Notes: a model not told the origin generated them from the sequence alone. 63,604 nucleotides of DNA from Pseudobdellovibrionaceae bacterium (GCA_025354795.1 JANXMF010000081.1:1-63604), one strand, 5' to 3'. Positions 24,762 through 34,975 are shown, numbered from the stretch's first letter. A program made the numbers and translations.

Positions 24762-25834
24762 ATAAATCCCAATTCGCGCTCGACCTCTTTTGGCAACTGC
24801 GGAATCTTTGAGCGCGGCACGAAGAACGTAGTGAGTTGAAAGAAATCCTGAAAGATCTTGTGCTGATCGGTGGCGTCCTTCAAGTATTGATAGCCGCTGG
24901 AGCCGCCCGTTCCCACCTTCGAACCCAGCATGCGCTTGGCCATTAGAGCATGGCGGTGACGCCAAGTGGTGAACCACTCGTCGACATCCATCAGCGCTGT
25001 GAGCAGACGAAAGGGCAGCTGCAGTGCGGGCTGGTCGCGGTAAAGCTGAATCAGAAGAGCCGCGTGTAAAGCCGTGTAAGAAAGGCGCCACTGGGAATGC
25101 TTATGGGCCTCGGCAAAACTGCTCTCATCAAATAGTGCCCGAAAATTTCCGAGCGAGCCCTCGAGGATCAGGCGATTGCGTTCCTTGTCGGCGTCGCCAA
25201 GCGCTGGATTCTGCTCAATGATCGTCATATCTTGCAGCAGCGCGGATTCGACCGTCGCTTTGTAAGTCTGCCAAAAATCAAACCCGCGCATTTTCAAAAA
25301 CGGCGTGCGCTCGAGCCACTTTTCCACGCGGTCGAAGAGGCTAGCCTCGCCTTCAATTTTATTGATTGTGCTGCGCTGAGCGGGCTGAAGCGATTGATCA
25401 AAATCGGTCTGATTGTATTTCAAGCGATTTTCACGGCGCAGGCCCAGTCGCGTTTCAATGGTGCGAAATTGCAAGCTCTGAAAACCAGAGGCAGGAATCA
25501 ACATATCGCGGAATTCCAAAAAATCCAGCGGCGTCATGGTTTCCATAATGCGCACTTGATCGACCATGTGTTTTTCAATCTCAACCACGCGTTGCAATCG
25601 CGACACGATCAGGTCCATCCATTTTTCATCAAGATGTTCCTGGGAGAAAATGGCGAGGACCGAATCAATCTCAGTGAGAATTTGTTTGAACCAAAGTTCA
25701 TAAACCTGGTGAACCACTATGAATAACATTTCATCATGGGCGGCGCGGCCCTGGCTGTGGCTCTCGGCCTTCTGGCAGCTCAACAGTTTTTCCAGCTGGA
25801 GGTAGTCGTGGTAGTTCATTTTTCGCGAAAACAT
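24737..25834 (-). CDS. kynA: Tryptophan 2,3-dioxygenase (long form)
   Basis: YHDYLQL, HDEMLFIVVHQVYELWFKQ, PASGFQSLQFR, GTGGSSGYQYL. Confidence 0.95.
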   Translation of the reverse strand: MFSRKMNYHDYLQLEKLLSCQKAESHSQGRAAHDEMLFIVVHQVYELWFKQILTEIDSVLAIFSQEHLDEKWMDLIVSRLQRVVEIEKHMVDQVRIMETMTPLDFLEFRDMLIPASGFQSLQFRTIETRLGLRRENRLKYNQTDFDQSLQPAQRSTINKIEGEASLFDRVEKWLERTPFLKMRGFDFWQTYKATVESALLQDMTIIEQNPALGDADKERNRLILEGSLGNFRALFDESSFAEAHKHSQWRLSYTALHAALLIQLYRDQPALQLPFRLLTALMDVDEWFTTWRHRHALMAKRMLGSKVGTGGSSGYQYLKDATDQHKIFQDFFQLTTFFVPRSKIPQLPKEVERELGFIYSQSTTS

Positions 25835-26874
25835 TCTCTCACCTCACGAATTGCATCGACCAAACGAGTATTGGTCTCGGGCTGCCAGTCAAAACTAATC
25901 ATCCAGCGACAAAGATTTTGCTCCACATCCCACACATAAAAAAAGAATCGCTCACGCAACGGCCCGATCCACGCTTTCGGCAGGCGCACAAACAGGGCGT
26001 TGCTCTCGACCGCATGCTGCACTTGGATTTCAGGAATCTCGGCGAGCCGCGCGGCCAGGTCCTGGGCGGTTTTGGTCACGTGGCGGGCGATCTCAAGCCA
26101 TAGGTCCTGGTGGAGGTAAGCATAAAATTGCGCTGCTAAAAAACGCGTCTTACTCGAGAGTTGCATGGCTTGTTTGCGATAAAACTTAAAGTGCGCCTTG
26201 GCCAGCGGCGAGAACAGCAGCACAGCCTCAGCGCCCAGCAAGCCGTTTTTGGTGCCGCCAAATGACACGACATCGACGCCGATATCCGCGGTCAGGGCAC
26301 GCAAACTGCAATTCAAAAAAGCCGCGGCGTTCACCAGCCGAGCGCCGTCAATATGTAACATAAGATTTTTACGCGTCGTCCATTCTCGCCAAGCGCGGAG
26401 TTCGGGCAAGGTGTAGCAGACGCCCAGTTCAGTGGGCTGAGTGAGGCTCACCATTCGCGGTTGGGAAAAATGTTGGTCACCTTGGCGCTGCAAGCGAGTA
26501 TGGAGTTGCTCGGGACGGATGCGGCCGTCTCTTGACGGCACCGTCATCACTTTGCAGCCGACAAATTTTTCTGGCGCGCCACATTCGTCCTGTTGCAAAT
26601 GCGCGGCTTCAGAAGCGATCACCGCTTCAAAACTTTTGACTAGACCGCTCAGGCTTAAAACATTGGCGGCGGTGCCCGTGAAAACATACTGGGCTTCAAC
26701 TGTATCCCCAAAGAGGCGTTTGAATTCGAGCGCCGCCAGCTTTGAAACTTCATCCAGGCCATAGGCATGGGCATGCCCGCGATTGGCGGCCACCACGGCT
26801 TGCAAAATTTTGGGATGAACGCCGGAATGATTGTCGCTGCCCAAGCTGGTGGCGAATTCCAAGTCCTCAAACAT
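25816..26874 (-). CDS. ltaE: Low-specificity L-threonine aldolase (PLP)
   Basis: SDNHSG, TGTAAN, TQPTELG, HIDGARL, SFGGTKNG; start reassigned to ATG 26874. Confidence 0.88.
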   Translation of the reverse strand: MFEDLEFATSLGSDNHSGVHPKILQAVVAANRGHAHAYGLDEVSKLAALEFKRLFGDTVEAQYVFTGTAANVLSLSGLVKSFEAVIASEAAHLQQDECGAPEKFVGCKVMTVPSRDGRIRPEQLHTRLQRQGDQHFSQPRMVSLTQPTELGVCYTLPELRAWREWTTRKNLMLHIDGARLVNAAAFLNCSLRALTADIGVDVVSFGGTKNGLLGAEAVLLFSPLAKAHFKFYRKQAMQLSSKTRFLAAQFYAYLHQDLWLEIARHVTKTAQDLAARLAEIPEIQVQHAVESNALFVRLPKAWIGPLRERFFFYVWDVEQNLCRWMISFDWQPETNTRLVDAIREVRECFREK

Positions 26875-27793
26875 GATGTAAAAATCCGTGCGCCAACTGC
26901 GCCGCCAATTTGGCGGTGCCCCCGCCAGTGTCGAGGGGAGGGGACACTTCATAGACTCCCATGACGCGCAAATCGAGATGTTGAAACAGATATTGTAAAA
27001 ACGGCCAAAAACTTTGCGGCGATAAGCCGACGGGCCACGCGGCGCTGGAGCCGGCGGCATAAGGCCAGGCAAAGGCATCGATATCCACCGCTAAAAATGT
27101 GGGGCGACCCTCGGAAACAATAGTATCCAAAGCCTTCACACTATAGCTAAGCGGGGAAAGATCTGAACTTAAAATTTCATCCAACGTAACGATGGTTCCG
27201 CCTTTATGCTCGACATATTCGCGATGTTTTTTGGCATTGCACTGAGCCTGGATGCCATATTCGACAAATGCAAAACGATGGGGGCCTTCGAGCAGGCGGA
27301 AAAACGGCGTGCCGCTGCTGGGGCCGTGATTTAGGTTGCGCACATCGAGATGGGCGTCGATATTTATGATCAACGGATCTTGTTTAGCAAAATGGGCCAA
27401 AAAAGCCGCGCCATCGGGATAGGCGTAGTCATTGCCTCCGCCCAAAGTGAGCACCCGTTGACCACGCTCTAGTAAGCTAGCCACTTGGACTTGCGCCGCG
27501 AGGTGGCGTCCGTCGAGTGTGTCCTTGCGCTGCAGGTTGCCGAGATCTGAAAAAGTCCGCAGACGACCCCGTGCATTCGGCGTCGTTCGATAAAGCCAAT
27601 GGCGAATCTCATTGGGGCCAGCTGCGGCGCCTAGGCGACCTCCGTTCAGCGCAATACCCTCATCGTCCGGATAACCTAAAATGCACAACTCAGCGTTTTC
27701 ACTTTGCACTTGAACCAGATCGCCAAGACGGGGATCGTCAGGGTCATTTTTGCTAAAGAAAAGTTTGGAGGGGCACGGATCGAAGTCGCTCAT
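26867..27793 (-). CDS. hutG: Formimidoylglutamase (arginase family)
   Basis: GYPDDEGIALNGGRLGAAAGP, LGGGND, NIDAHLDVR, SSGTPF, VDIDAF, EVSPPLD. Confidence 0.88.
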   Translation of the reverse strand: MSDFDPCPSKLFFSKNDPDDPRLGDLVQVQSENAELCILGYPDDEGIALNGGRLGAAAGPNEIRHWLYRTTPNARGRLRTFSDLGNLQRKDTLDGRHLAAQVQVASLLERGQRVLTLGGGNDYAYPDGAAFLAHFAKQDPLIINIDAHLDVRNLNHGPSSGTPFFRLLEGPHRFAFVEYGIQAQCNAKKHREYVEHKGGTIVTLDEILSSDLSPLSYSVKALDTIVSEGRPTFLAVDIDAFAWPYAAGSSAAWPVGLSPQSFWPFLQYLFQHLDLRVMGVYEVSPPLDTGGGTAKLAAQLAHGFLHHV

Positions 27794-27896
27794 CGGTCTT
27801 CTAGAAATGACGAATCCCTTCATCCAAGTCCACCAAAAGCGCGCAACGCGATGCATTTGGATGACAAAAAAGCCGAATTCAGTCACTTCATTGGCA

Positions 27897-28352
27897 ATGG
27901 CTCATCTCCAGTTGTCGCAAGTCATCCCCGCGCCTCGCTTTGACGTTTACGATTTCATGGTGTCGCCGGCGCACTTGGCAGAAATGCTCAACCCAATCAT
28001 TGACGTCCAGTTGTTGAGCCCGGAAGTGCCGCTACAGCGGGGTAGCGAATTTAATTTTCAGATGACCCGGCTTGGCCTCGCCCAAAACGTGCGGCTCAGG
28101 ATAGAGGACGTGCTGCGCGGCTCACGCCTGACCTATCGTCAAGTGGAAGGCCTGTTTGCGGGTTGGACCCACACCACCAAATTCAGCGAGCACTTGGAGG
28201 GCGAAACTCTGGTCACCGATATTGCCGACTACACACTGCCCTTCGGATTGCTTGGCAATATTGTCGATGATTTATTTACTAAACGCGATATGCGAAAGCT
28301 CCTCGAACACCGCTTGCGTCAGGCGCTAAACCATTTTGTAAGTCTTAAGTAA
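27897..28352 (+). CDS. SRPBCC family protein
   Basis: YRQVEGLFAGWTHTTKF...TLVTDIADYTLPFGLLG...LLEHR. Confidence 0.8.
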   Translation: MAHLQLSQVIPAPRFDVYDFMVSPAHLAEMLNPIIDVQLLSPEVPLQRGSEFNFQMTRLGLAQNVRLRIEDVLRGSRLTYRQVEGLFAGWTHTTKFSEHLEGETLVTDIADYTLPFGLLGNIVDDLFTKRDMRKLLEHRLRQALNHFVSLK

Positions 28353-29306
28353 ATTCTGCAAGGCCTGCAGGTGGCCCAGTGGATAAAGCCCGACCTTATC
28401 GAAAAACAAAGTCTTAAAGGCTTCCTTAGGGCTCATCTGTTCAAACGCCAAGAGCCGGTCAAACGCGTTCACGGTGGCCACCACGATCACCAGCGGATCC
28501 ATTTCGCGCTCTTGCAGGCCCTTGGGGAAACCGGTGCCCTTAATATTTTCTTCGTGCTGTGTGATAATATTAATCACCATCTGGTCGACAAACTTGGAGC
28601 CTTGCAGTCGGTGCGCTCCTTGAGTCGGGTGATTGCGGTAGATCGCGCGCGCCTCATCACTCATGGTGTCGCTGGCGGCGATACTTTCGTAAAAATGCGA
28701 GAGATCTAAATCGATGTCATGAATTAAGCTTCCCAAAGCCATCAGATGGAGCGGATTGCCGTCACGCATGTCCGTGGTCTGCGCCACCGCCACACTGAGA
28801 ACCGCGACGTTGACCCCATGATGTGAAATACTTTGATCGACATTGGTCAGCTGTAAGATCGCCGCCGCACCTTCGGGCTCGCCCTGCAAAAATTCGGTGA
28901 AGCGCTGAATGGAGCTGCGCGTGTGAGTGTAAATAAACTCATCGAGTGGGTCTTCCATGTACTTTTCCGCGAGCGCCTGTTGGAATCCCTGAATCACTTC
29001 GGCGCGCAGACCAATGGCCTTTTTGGAGTTGCGGTCATAGGCGGCGTCAATACTCTCTTCCAGATATTGCGTGTAAGGCACTACATCGTCGCGGCGAATG
29101 TACATTTTCTTCAGTTTCTTGGTCTTTAGCCGGGTCAGGCGTTTACCTTCAAACGAATCGCCTTGGCGACAATACAAAATATGTTTGCCGGCGACTCGTA
29201 CAAATGCATCAAAGGGAATTTTTAAATCGCCGCGTAGGCTGGCCACGCGAATGGCGGTGTATTCCGCAGCGACATCCGAGGTTTTTTCGTTATTTGCCAT
29301 GTGCAT
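28326..29306 (-). CDS. HD-GYP domain protein, degenerate
   Basis: HHGVNV, LIHDID, HPTQG, QHEENIKGTGFP, VNAFD; start may be ATG 29300. Confidence 0.85.
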   Translation of the reverse strand: MHMANNEKTSDVAAEYTAIRVASLRGDLKIPFDAFVRVAGKHILYCRQGDSFEGKRLTRLKTKKLKKMYIRRDDVVPYTQYLEESIDAAYDRNSKKAIGLRAEVIQGFQQALAEKYMEDPLDEFIYTHTRSSIQRFTEFLQGEPEGAAAILQLTNVDQSISHHGVNVAVLSVAVAQTTDMRDGNPLHLMALGSLIHDIDLDLSHFYESIAASDTMSDEARAIYRNHPTQGAHRLQGSKFVDQMVINIITQHEENIKGTGFPKGLQEREMDPLVIVVATVNAFDRLLAFEQMSPKEAFKTLFFDKVGLYPLGHLQALQNLLKTYKMV

Positions 29307-29333
29307 TTATTTTGGTCTACAGTCCCACGCATA

Positions 29334-30380
29334 TCAACCGTTGAGTTGTTTTAATGTCCATTCTGCGAGCTCTTGGTGCACCGGCGATTGGCGTAAAGCC
29401 TCCACTTCGGGCCGCAATTGTCTGAGACGCAGATTGCCAATGACGTAGAGGGCGTTGCGCTTGAGGCCATTGGCCCGCGCGCGTGAGTAGGGCAGCGCCG
29501 CGAAGGTTCTGGCTAAAGTCTTGTTCGACTGAGTCAGTAGCCAGCGTAACTCAGGCACCAATGCAGCGGGGTCGAGTTCTTGCGTGCGCATAGCCTCCTT
29601 GCGCATAGCCTCGCGGCCAAAAACTTTTTCATTCCATGGACAAACGGTTTGGCAAATGTCGCAGCCAAAAAACCAATCCCCAAGTCCCGCGCGCAAGGCC
29701 TCTGGAGCCGCCGCTTTCGCTTCGATAGTCCAATAGGAAATGCAGCGGTTCGAATCGAGCACCCGCGGCGCTTGAAAGGCACCGGTCGGACAGGCCGTGA
29801 GGCAGCGATTGCAAGTGCCGCAAAAATCCGTCATGGCTTTTTCCACACCCGGAGCGCGCATCGAGGTGAAAATTTCACCGATAAAAAACAGACTGCCTTT
29901 TTGCCGGTCGATCAAACACGAATTTTTTCCCACCCATCCCAGCCCCGCTCGCGCGGCCAGATCCCGCTCCAAAATCGGCGACGAATCCGTGAAACATAAG
30001 AATTCTTCTGCCGGAAAATCTACTTGCAGTGCACGCCGTAAGTCCTCGAGTTCAGAGCGGAATTTAGTGTGATAATCACCACCACGAGCATAGAGAGCCG
30101 TGCGCAGATTAAGCAGTCCGTTGGCCGGGTAGGGGTGAGGAAGATAACCTTTGGTCACCACAATCGCGGCATGGGCTTTGGGCGCGAGCAATTGTGGATC
30201 CGCCTTTTCGGGCAGGTGGCGTTGCAAGTAATCCATGTCGGCCTGATGTCCAGCTTTTAACCAGTCCATGTAAAGACCCAGCGAAAGTGGCGCTTTTAAT
30301 TCCACCAAACCAAAATCCTGAAAGGAAAACCGGCTAACAGTCTGCGCAAGCTTAGCGACAAAATCCATTCGCACAGGCAT
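29334..30380 (-). CDS. queG: Epoxyqueuosine reductase
   Basis: YARGGDYH, DSSPILER, GLGWVGKN, CGTCNRCLTACPT, CISYWTIE, GCDICQTVCPWN. Confidence 0.95.
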   Translation of the reverse strand: MPVRMDFVAKLAQTVSRFSFQDFGLVELKAPLSLGLYMDWLKAGHQADMDYLQRHLPEKADPQLLAPKAHAAIVVTKGYLPHPYPANGLLNLRTALYARGGDYHTKFRSELEDLRRALQVDFPAEEFLCFTDSSPILERDLAARAGLGWVGKNSCLIDRQKGSLFFIGEIFTSMRAPGVEKAMTDFCGTCNRCLTACPTGAFQAPRVLDSNRCISYWTIEAKAAAPEALRAGLGDWFFGCDICQTVCPWNEKVFGREAMRKEAMRTQELDPAALVPELRWLLTQSNKTLARTFAALPYSRARANGLKRNALYVIGNLRLRQLRPEVEALRQSPVHQELAEWTLKQLNG

Positions 30381-30389
30381 AATCTGACT

Positions 30390-31631
30390 ATGTCACCACG
30401 TCAAAGCCTCAGCTATGCGATGCCCTTGCCTCCGCTTGAGAAACACCCGGCCTATGCGCCCGCCGCCCTCGTGCTCGCCAAACTCACCAAGCTTGGCCAC
30501 CTGAGCGCTTTTGCCGGCGGTTGTGTACGGGACGCTTTGCTAGCACACACTCCAAAAGATCTGGATATTGCGACGGCGGCACCGCCCGAGGTGGTGGAGC
30601 AGATTTTCCCACGCACGCTTGCCGTGGGCAAAGCCTTTGGCACCATAGTCGTTATAGAAGACGGACATAATTTCGAAGTCACCACGTTTCGCAAAGATGG
30701 CCCCTATGCGGATGGGCGCCATCCCATTCACGTGGAGTTTAGCGATATGAAAGAAGATGCTTGGCGCCGAGATTTCACCGTCAACGCGCTTTTTTACGAC
30801 CCCGAAGCGGGCGAAGTTGTGGATCACGTGGGTGGCGTGGCCGACTTAGCGCAAGGACTGCTCCGCACCGTAGGCCATGCCTCGGAACGATTCAGTGAAG
30901 ATCGCTTACGCATGTTGCGAGCCGCGCGTTTTGTGGCTCAGCTTGGCTTTCGCATGGAAGATGAAACCGCCGATGCCATTCGCGCCCAGTATCAAGAATT
31001 GGAAGGTGTCGCGAAAGAACGCATATTTAATGAATTGAAGCGCCTGCTAGAGTCGGAATATATCACTGAGGGCTTGCGCACTTTGCGCGCCACCCATCTT
31101 TCGCGCGTAATCTGGCCCGAACTCGATGCCCTAAACTTGGAGCGTTTTGTCGATTTTGTGCCGCCAGTGAATTGGCAAAACGCCTTTGCCGCGGTCGCCC
31201 TTTTAGTGGGCGCGAAAAACGTAGAAGAGCGCCTACAGAGTTGGAAGGTGCCACGCCAGGGGCTAAAGAGTGTCCTTACGCAAATACACGATTGCAAAGT
31301 TTTGATGAACCCCGCTTCTTCGCGCGCCGACCGCGCCCGAGTTTTGGGCGGGGATCAGTTCCTTGAAATCTTGCGCCTCGCCGATGGTTTCTTGCCGGGA
31401 AATCCAGATATTCTCACCGGGTGGATCACAGAGTTTTTGTCGATCACGGGCAAAACGGCAACACTGCCTCATCCACTTTTTAACGGTCATGATCTATTGA
31501 AGTTGGGGGTTGAGCCTGGTGAAAAAATGGGCGAAATGCTGAAGGTCCTTTATGCTGGGCAATTGGAAGGGCAATTCGCTTCGAAGGCGGAGGCGCTTAA
31601 GAAGATTCAGGCGATGATCAAGGGAATTTGA
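30390..31631 (+). CDS. cca: tRNA nucleotidyltransferase (CCA-adding, class II)
   Basis: GGCVRD, DLDIAT, EVTTFR, RRDFTVNA, EDRLRMLRAARF; lacks the poly(A) polymerase GRRF signature. Confidence 0.85.
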   Translation: MSPRQSLSYAMPLPPLEKHPAYAPAALVLAKLTKLGHLSAFAGGCVRDALLAHTPKDLDIATAAPPEVVEQIFPRTLAVGKAFGTIVVIEDGHNFEVTTFRKDGPYADGRHPIHVEFSDMKEDAWRRDFTVNALFYDPEAGEVVDHVGGVADLAQGLLRTVGHASERFSEDRLRMLRAARFVAQLGFRMEDETADAIRAQYQELEGVAKERIFNELKRLLESEYITEGLRTLRATHLSRVIWPELDALNLERFVDFVPPVNWQNAFAAVALLVGAKNVEERLQSWKVPRQGLKSVLTQIHDCKVLMNPASSRADRARVLGGDQFLEILRLADGFLPGNPDILTGWITEFLSITGKTATLPHPLFNGHDLLKLGVEPGEKMGEMLKVLYAGQLEGQFASKAEALKKIQAMIKGI

Positions 31632-31675
31632 GGGGATCGGGGAAGCCTGCTTGCTTTCGGTCGGGCGCAGCCGGT

Positions 31676-31861
31676 TTATTTTTTAACCGAGCCTTGAATC
31701 TTCCGTTCAGTCCCTTTGTGCTGGCGCCAATCGTAGTCCCGGCTCTTTGCGAACCGATCGTTCCAGGTCTGCCATTTTTGCGGTGGAAATTTGTGTACGA
31801 TATTGCCATCGGCATCGAAGATATCCGGACTTTTGCCAAACAAAAAATCTAAGATTCCCAC
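31676..31861 (-). CDS. Small hypothetical protein (61 aa)
   Basis: GAGGT RBS + GTG; natural-looking sequence GILDFLFGKSPDIFDADGNIVHK...WQTWNDRF...YDWRQHKG. Confidence 0.55.
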   Translation of the reverse strand: MGILDFLFGKSPDIFDADGNIVHKFPPQKWQTWNDRFAKSRDYDWRQHKGTERKIQGSVKK

Positions 31862-31919
31862 GTTCACCTCGTTCTCTCTATTGGTAACGGATATCTACCA
31901 ATCAGACAATGAGATTACA

Positions 31920-32204
31920 CTACTGGCATTCAAGATTTACACAAGCCAGCGCCAAATCATCCTCAACATCGGCAGCCACTGAGCGGCGCTGGGCGAAATA
32001 TTGATCGATCAATTGGGTTCCGCAATTCAAGCGGGCTTGCTCTTTAGCTTCCCTCATGGTGGCACCGTGGCCAATAGCGGTGCCGTAACCAGTGACAATG
32101 CGACAGGTCGCATTTCGCTTTGGAGCCACGTTGGTCGCGGCAGTTGCACGGCTTGCAATCAGAATCAGAAGGACCGCCGCTACTAAAATTGAAAAGGTAC
32201 GCAT
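31920..32204 (-). CDS. Small secreted Cys-containing protein
   Basis: GAGGAG RBS; signal peptide ending ATA; four Cys, ends ACVNLECQ. Confidence 0.7.
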   Translation of the reverse strand: MRTFSILVAAVLLILIASRATAATNVAPKRNATCRIVTGYGTAIGHGATMREAKEQARLNCGTQLIDQYFAQRRSVAADVEDDLALACVNLECQ

Positions 32205-32466
32205 ATGCAATTCTCCTCAATTCTATAAGAGAGCAAATTACGCTCCAACTTGGGGTTTTGAAGGCAGGCTTAAACCCATAGATTAATTAGGTAAATTAGA
32301 TGTCCCGGAGGGGCGGGGGCGGGCGTATAGGCCAGTTCGCGGGGCAAGGCCCCAAAAGCGGCTGGTAATTGTCAAGATTCTAGGCAGTTGCCCCTTGCGC
32401 TCTTTGCCTCGCCCGCCGCCCATATTAGTCTTGTGGTCAAATCAGATTCGCAGTACAAGGCAGAGC

Positions 32467-34398
32467 ATGGTACACAGTCGGCGTCATATTAACCCGCGGC
32501 TCCGTTTAGCCATGATTAAGATGCGCTACCCGATCGCTGTATTCAATGTCGCGGTTGTGTTGTTGATGCGATTCTTCGCTGCTGACTATGTTGGGAGCGA
32601 TCTCCCGCTGTTTTTTATTTTTGCCATCACTTTAACCTCAATTGTGGGTGGCTTGCTGCCGGGAATATTGGCGACTCTACTAAGTGGAGCCATCGGGACT
32701 TATGTTTTTACCCCGGCGATTTTTTCGGTCGTTGCGACCTCACCCAGTCTGCACCAAGTGCACTTGGTGGCATTTCTCATTGAGGGTCTTTTGGTCAGTG
32801 TGGTTTGTGGGCAACTCCTTAGCGCCAAAAATCGGATGGACGCAAGCGTTGAGATTTTTCACACGCTGTTTGAGTTTGCCAGTGTGGGTGTCAGCCAGGT
32901 GGATTTGCGCACGGGGCGTATCGAAAATGCCAATCAAAAACTGTGCGAGATCACCGGCTATACCTTGGCTGAATTGTGTGAATTGACTCCCGTGCAGTTG
33001 GCCCATCCCGAGGACGGCCAAACCAATCTACAGCCGTTTCAGGATTTGCTTGCGGGTCGCACCCGTCAATACGTAAGCGAGACTCGCATCTTACGCAAGG
33101 ACGGGCAAGGCGCCTGGCTGCGGGTGAATGCACAACGACTGACGTCGACAGCCGATCAAAGCGAACGTATTTTCAATATTGTTCAGGATATTACGGCCCA
33201 AAAAAATTCCCAAGAAGAGTTGGTGCGCGCTAAAGAGGCGGCTGAGGCTTCCAATTTAGCCAAGAGTACTTTTTTGGCTAATATGAGCCACGAAATTCGC
33301 ACGCCGCTTGGCGCGATTATGGGTTTTTCAGAATTGATCGCCGATCCGTTGGTTACGGGTTCAGAAAAGCAGTGTTACCATGGCGCCATTCAGCGCAACG
33401 GCGAGTTGTTGGCCAACATCATCAGCGACATCCTCGATCTCTCCAAGGTTGATGCCGGCAAAATGGAAGTGCATGTGGTGCCGGTGGCTTTAAGCGAGAT
33501 ACTCAATGACACCAAAACCCTGCTTGGTCTTCAGGCCAGCGAAAAGGGCGTGGCGTTGAAAATTCAAGTGGACGACAACGTGCCCGAAATCATTCGCACC
33601 GACCCTTTACGCCTGCGCCAAATCCTCAGCAACGTGGTCGGCAATGCCATTAAGTTTACCTCGAAAGGTTCAATCTCGGTCGCGGTCAAACGCGGGCGTT
33701 TGGATGATCATGACCGGCTGCTGTTTGTGGTGGAAGACACCGGCATGGGTATTGAGAAAGACCAAGTGGGAAAACTCTTTACACCATTTTCGCAAGCGTT
33801 TCCTGGTCCCGTGCGCAGCGCGGGCGGAACGGGCCTCGGGCTGGTGCTGGCTCGGCGCCTTGCGAATTTACTGGGCGGCGATGTCGATTTGACCCAAACC
33901 GAAGTCAATTGTGGCAGCACGTTCGCGGTGTCGGTAGATCCGGGGCCGATCCTCGGCATTACCTATGTTGAAGCTCGGCGGGGTGAACAACAAAACTTAC
34001 GCTTGCAGGCGACTCCTCGCCTGGATGGGACCAAGGTCTTGCTGGCCGACGATGCAGTGGACAATCAAATCCTGGTCGCGCATATATTAAAATTGGCGGG
34101 AGCGACAGTGGACGTCGCTAGCAATGGTCGTGAGGCCATCGAGCGGGCGCGACTCGAACGCTACGATGTGGTGTTGATGGATATTCAAATGCCAGTGATG
34201 GATGGTTTCGAAGCCACCGCCGAACTCAGGCGCGAAGGCTATGGTGGAAAAATCATCGCGTTAACGGCATTTGCCTTGAGCGGTGAGAAGCAACGATGCT
34301 TGGACAATGGCTTTGACGATCACGTCAGCAAACCCATTAACCGCGGGGTCCTCATCGAGGGCATTCGGCGGTTGCGCCCGGTCTCGCCGGGAGTTTAG
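32467..34398 (+). CDS. Hybrid sensor histidine kinase (DUF4118-like TM, PAS, HisKA, HATPase, REC)
   Basis: FLANMSHEIRTPL, NAIKFT, DTGMGI, GGTGLGL, LMDIQMPVMDG; start uncertain (32467/32512/32521). Confidence 0.93.
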   Translation: MVHSRRHINPRLRLAMIKMRYPIAVFNVAVVLLMRFFAADYVGSDLPLFFIFAITLTSIVGGLLPGILATLLSGAIGTYVFTPAIFSVVATSPSLHQVHLVAFLIEGLLVSVVCGQLLSAKNRMDASVEIFHTLFEFASVGVSQVDLRTGRIENANQKLCEITGYTLAELCELTPVQLAHPEDGQTNLQPFQDLLAGRTRQYVSETRILRKDGQGAWLRVNAQRLTSTADQSERIFNIVQDITAQKNSQEELVRAKEAAEASNLAKSTFLANMSHEIRTPLGAIMGFSELIADPLVTGSEKQCYHGAIQRNGELLANIISDILDLSKVDAGKMEVHVVPVALSEILNDTKTLLGLQASEKGVALKIQVDDNVPEIIRTDPLRLRQILSNVVGNAIKFTSKGSISVAVKRGRLDDHDRLLFVVEDTGMGIEKDQVGKLFTPFSQAFPGPVRSAGGTGLGLVLARRLANLLGGDVDLTQTEVNCGSTFAVSVDPGPILGITYVEARRGEQQNLRLQATPRLDGTKVLLADDAVDNQILVAHILKLAGATVDVASNGREAIERARLERYDVVLMDIQMPVMDGFEATAELRREGYGGKIIALTAFALSGEKQRCLDNGFDDHVSKPINRGVLIEGIRRLRPVSPGV

Positions 34399-34419
34399 TT
34401 TCATTCGCGAGAGGTAATT

Positions 34420-34896
34420 ATGTACATCACGGTGGTGCAAAAACGCAAAAGTGCGGTCGGCGCCGGTTCGTTTTTGTTTTTTATGCTCTTATTCATGTCG
34501 CTAGCCTATAGTATCTCAGTTTATAAAACAAAAATGGTTTGGTTCGGGCTCAGCGCTTGCCTTATTTCTCTCTCTGGGATCTTGCATGCGGTGTGGAAAA
34601 AGGAACTGCTAATGCAGATTGATGATGTCGGAATTTACGATCGCCGCTTGGGCATCGGCAAAATAAAATGGGAGGATGTGGCCGAGGTGCAACTGCAGGT
34701 GACCGAAGAAAATCGCTTCCTGTGTTTTCGCATGCGCAATCCCGAGCCCTACCTGGCGCGGCTGAAGGGCAAGGAGCGTGAGCGGGTGCTCTATCATCGG
34801 GGCCTGGGGTTTCAGGGCTTCAATATCGATGTAAGTCCTGTGGACGTCAATTTGCTCGAATTGAAAAAACTGATTGATGTGCGGGTAGGCCGTTAA
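34420..34896 (+). CDS. 2-TM protein with PH-like domain (STM3941-like)
   Basis: Two TMs then LMQIDDVGIYDRRLGIGKIKWEDV. Confidence 0.65.
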   Translation: MYITVVQKRKSAVGAGSFLFFMLLFMSLAYSISVYKTKMVWFGLSACLISLSGILHAVWKKELLMQIDDVGIYDRRLGIGKIKWEDVAEVQLQVTEENRFLCFRMRNPEPYLARLKGKERERVLYHRGLGFQGFNIDVSPVDVNLLELKKLIDVRVGR

Positions 34897-34975
34897 GGCT
34901 CAAGTCTGGTGCCGCATTGGGGGAAACTGGACCTTCTTGGCGACCACGGCGTGAACGGCCTGCCATTGCACGCTG

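Noticed and set aside
26875-27078. Long N-terminal extensions given by the ORF track (ltaE; likewise hutG, yebC, gltA, bamB)
   Set aside because: They overlap neighbouring genes or precede the family N-terminus; later ATGs fit better
32307-32324. G-quadruplex in the promoter region of the histidine kinase
   Set aside because: Only three tracts of three or more Gs in close spacing; too weak to call
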